A DNA stretch of 64,000 nt, taken from positions 3,198 to 67,197 of the forward strand of contig NW_018480078.1 of assembly GCF_002113885.1 (NCBI RefSeq), written 5' to 3'. Each line of letters starts with the position of its first letter. Position 1 is the stretch's first letter. Positions 62,301-64,000 of this stretch are shown one piece after another. Below the pieces are notes generated by a model. The model ran no database searches. It saw only the letters and a program-made list of their open reading frames with translations, and had not been told where the DNA came from. Origin of the DNA: Mizuhopecten yessoensis (Eukaryota). Position numbers and translations under genes: made by a program.

Positions 62301-63840
62301 TAACCTTCGCCCAGTCCAACTTTCATCCATTGCCAGTAAAAAAACATATTTGTACGGGTTTAATTTCCGCTTCCATATTTGATTACTCTGTATTTGAATT
62401 TTTTTTTAATAATATTTGGCGATAGCAATTAATTCGCCCTCATTAAGGAGGTCGAAAATGGCAAATGTTTAACTGCTATGAAAAGTATTGAAACTTACAG
62501 AAGCTAGGACAAGAATAAGGCCATTAAAAATCAAATTCACTTTTATAATTAAAACAGAGAAAGTGTGGGATGCTTCTTAGCACCTCCTAGCTTCATTTTT
62601 TGGCCGATAAAGCTAGATTGGTAATTGGAGATTAGCTTAAGATAGTTTTTACTCGGATTGTAATACTGCATTATGGATGTAAGTAATGTTTTGATAGCAG
62701 AGCTCAGTGTATAGTACATATTATGATATTTGTATTATAAACACTTGCGTATTAATTCTACCATGTGTCACCGATTTTACAAGAGGTTTAAATGATTTTT
62801 CCCGTTACTCATTTAGACATATATATATATATATAACACTGTACTACATGTTTGATAATGCCCTACCAGCATTCTCAAACTTCTATAATATTGCACGGCT
62901 CAATACGGAATTCAGAGTTGTCCCAAAGTGTGGTAGATCGGAATACCTACGTACGCTAGACCTATTTTTCTACCTACACTTATGAGAATCATACAAAGTC
63001 CACAACTCGTACTAAGGTCTTTACAACAAGAGCTTAGCTGGTTTTAGATCTTTACGTTGACTGAATGTATGTGGTGTATATATGTATAATAATATATTTT
63101 ACATTATGTGTATTACAAATCCTCATAGCTATTGAAAATGTGTTTTAAACTTGACAAAGAACGGTCACACCGTGTCAAAGTAATTTTGAGGTCAGAGGTC
63201 GCCGGTGATCAATCATCAATAGACAATCCTGGGCTACCCGTAAACAGGGCAGATCAATTTAGCACAAGACAGGAATTCTTTATCTGACGTTGGTTAATAG
63301 AGCATTGGGACAGAAAAAAAGGCGTAATTGGAACATGAAAAACGTTAGAGTACGGTGTATTGACTGGTGTAATGTTTGTAACACCTTTTTGGTGGATCAA
63401 AGCTGATCTGATACCATCTTCTGTTGAGGCCTAGCTTCTGGAACTCTGGTATGAGACAAGGTATTTTAGCCAAACTAGGTGTTTAGGTACACAACAACAC
63501 ATGGGTGTGCTGACCTGTCAAGACTGAGAGTAAAACAATGGTCAGCAACTAGTGTGTTGTGACCTCGTCAAGTAAAACAATGGTCAGCAACTTGTGTGTT
63601 GTGACCTCGTCAAATAAAACAATGGTCAGCAACTTGTGTGTTTTTACTTATGTTACTTTTTCCAGGGTGAGGATGTAGATGGGTTGAAATCAACGTCGGA
63701 GACAAACATCGAGTCCGACCAGGATAAAACCGAGTTAACTGCGGAGGAGTTGGAGGAAGGAGCTGACACCATGCCGTCCCCCTTATCCCTGTCTCGCACT
63801 AAAACAAGCGTCTCTCCTGGGCTACAGAGGCTGCTTGATG
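56370..63840 (+). CDS. Uncharacterised protein with TFxPxI/V repeats; first three coding exons, continues beyond the window
   Basis: Exons 56370-56852 (..QKRH|GTAAGT), 59113-59205 (TTTCAG|IEQAPIHFSS..KSKE|GTAATC) and 63666-63840 (TTTTCCAG|GEDVDG..RLLD|GTAAGT), with phases 0/0 consistent. Motifs HTFAPQISEASKRI and FTFRPKVSSASVKI. Confidence 0.82.
57432..57640 (+). mobile_element. tRNA-derived V-domain SINE (same family as 29049)
   Basis: B box GGTTCGATGCC, V-like GGTTTTTCTCCGGGAACTCTGGCTTTCC, tail GCTGTTAATAGGACGTAAAAC(AAAC)n, and AATTAGT flanking both ends. Confidence 0.88.
58043..58237. mobile_element. Foldback/palindromic MITE with arms of about 70 bp
   Basis: TATTCCGTCTTTGCGTATTGCAGAGTTATCTT..GTATTGATTGTTGCGTCATTGGTTTGTG is mirrored by CACAAACCAATGACGTAACAATCAATAC..GATAACTCTGCAATACGCAAAGATGGGATA. 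Confidence 0.85.
59645..60390 (-). mobile_element. Meta-domain SINE-like composite with an extended 5' region and an internal 73-bp duplication
   Basis: Minus strand Meta core TGTCAGTATAATGTGATCGGGTGG and tail CACGTCCTTACATGA..GCTGTTAATAGACGTTAAAC. A decayed B-box region is duplicated at 59978-60123. Confidence 0.7.
61400..61482. mobile_element. 83-bp piggyBac-like MITE
   Basis: TTAA|CCCTTTCACC...GGTGAAAGGG|TTAA. The interior matches 52296-52378. Confidence 0.85.
63529..63641. repeat. 42-bp tandem repeat (about 2.7 copies) just upstream of a splice acceptor
   Basis: TAAAACAATGGTCAGCAAC at 63531, 63573 and 63615. Confidence 0.85.
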
Positions 63841-64000
63841 GTAAGTCACCATTCTTCTATACAGAACTGGGTCAGAAAAGACTGAATTTATCACTTAGTG
63901 TTAGAAGCTTCAGTAACTTTCATCAGGCAGCCATTGGAGGGTATTCAATTGTAGAGGCGTCACAATTCACCGCGATGCACTTGTACCGCGATTATTTATG

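Overview
AT-rich, intron-containing animal genomic DNA. The SINE, MITE and HINE repeat repertoire suggests a bivalve mollusc, possibly a scallop (inference). Five protein-coding genes could be reconstructed by hand with phase-consistent GT-AG splice sites: (1) a single-exon 475-aa low-complexity orphan ORF (+, 6282-7709); (2) a 9-exon, about 866-aa BTB-BACK-Kelch (scruin-like) gene (-, 28536-19161); (3, 4) two tandem 2-exon rolling stone-like membrane protein paralogues (-, 44559-41165 and 55099-52960); and (5) the first three coding exons of an uncharacterised protein with TFxP repeats (+, from 56370, running off the window). The rest is three large minisatellite arrays (44-bp, 40/80/46-bp and 23-bp units), several tRNA-derived V- and Meta-domain SINEs, a 5'-truncated CR1-group LINE with target-site duplication (TSD), PIF/Harbinger, piggyBac-like and TA-flanked MITEs, Helentron-type HINE remnants, and a Penelope-like element fragment with a GIY-YIG domain and a variant hammerhead ribozyme. 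The best leads are a UGA exactly at a conserved Cys of the Penelope endonuclease, a Thr-to-Ser swap at the putative catalytic nucleophile of one rolling stone paralogue, several RFX X-boxes around candidate cilia/sperm genes, and a mix-and-match set of SINE cores and tails, one of which matches the LINE in the window. No prokaryotic-type system (CRISPR, operon) is supported. No database searches were run, so family names come from motif recognition.
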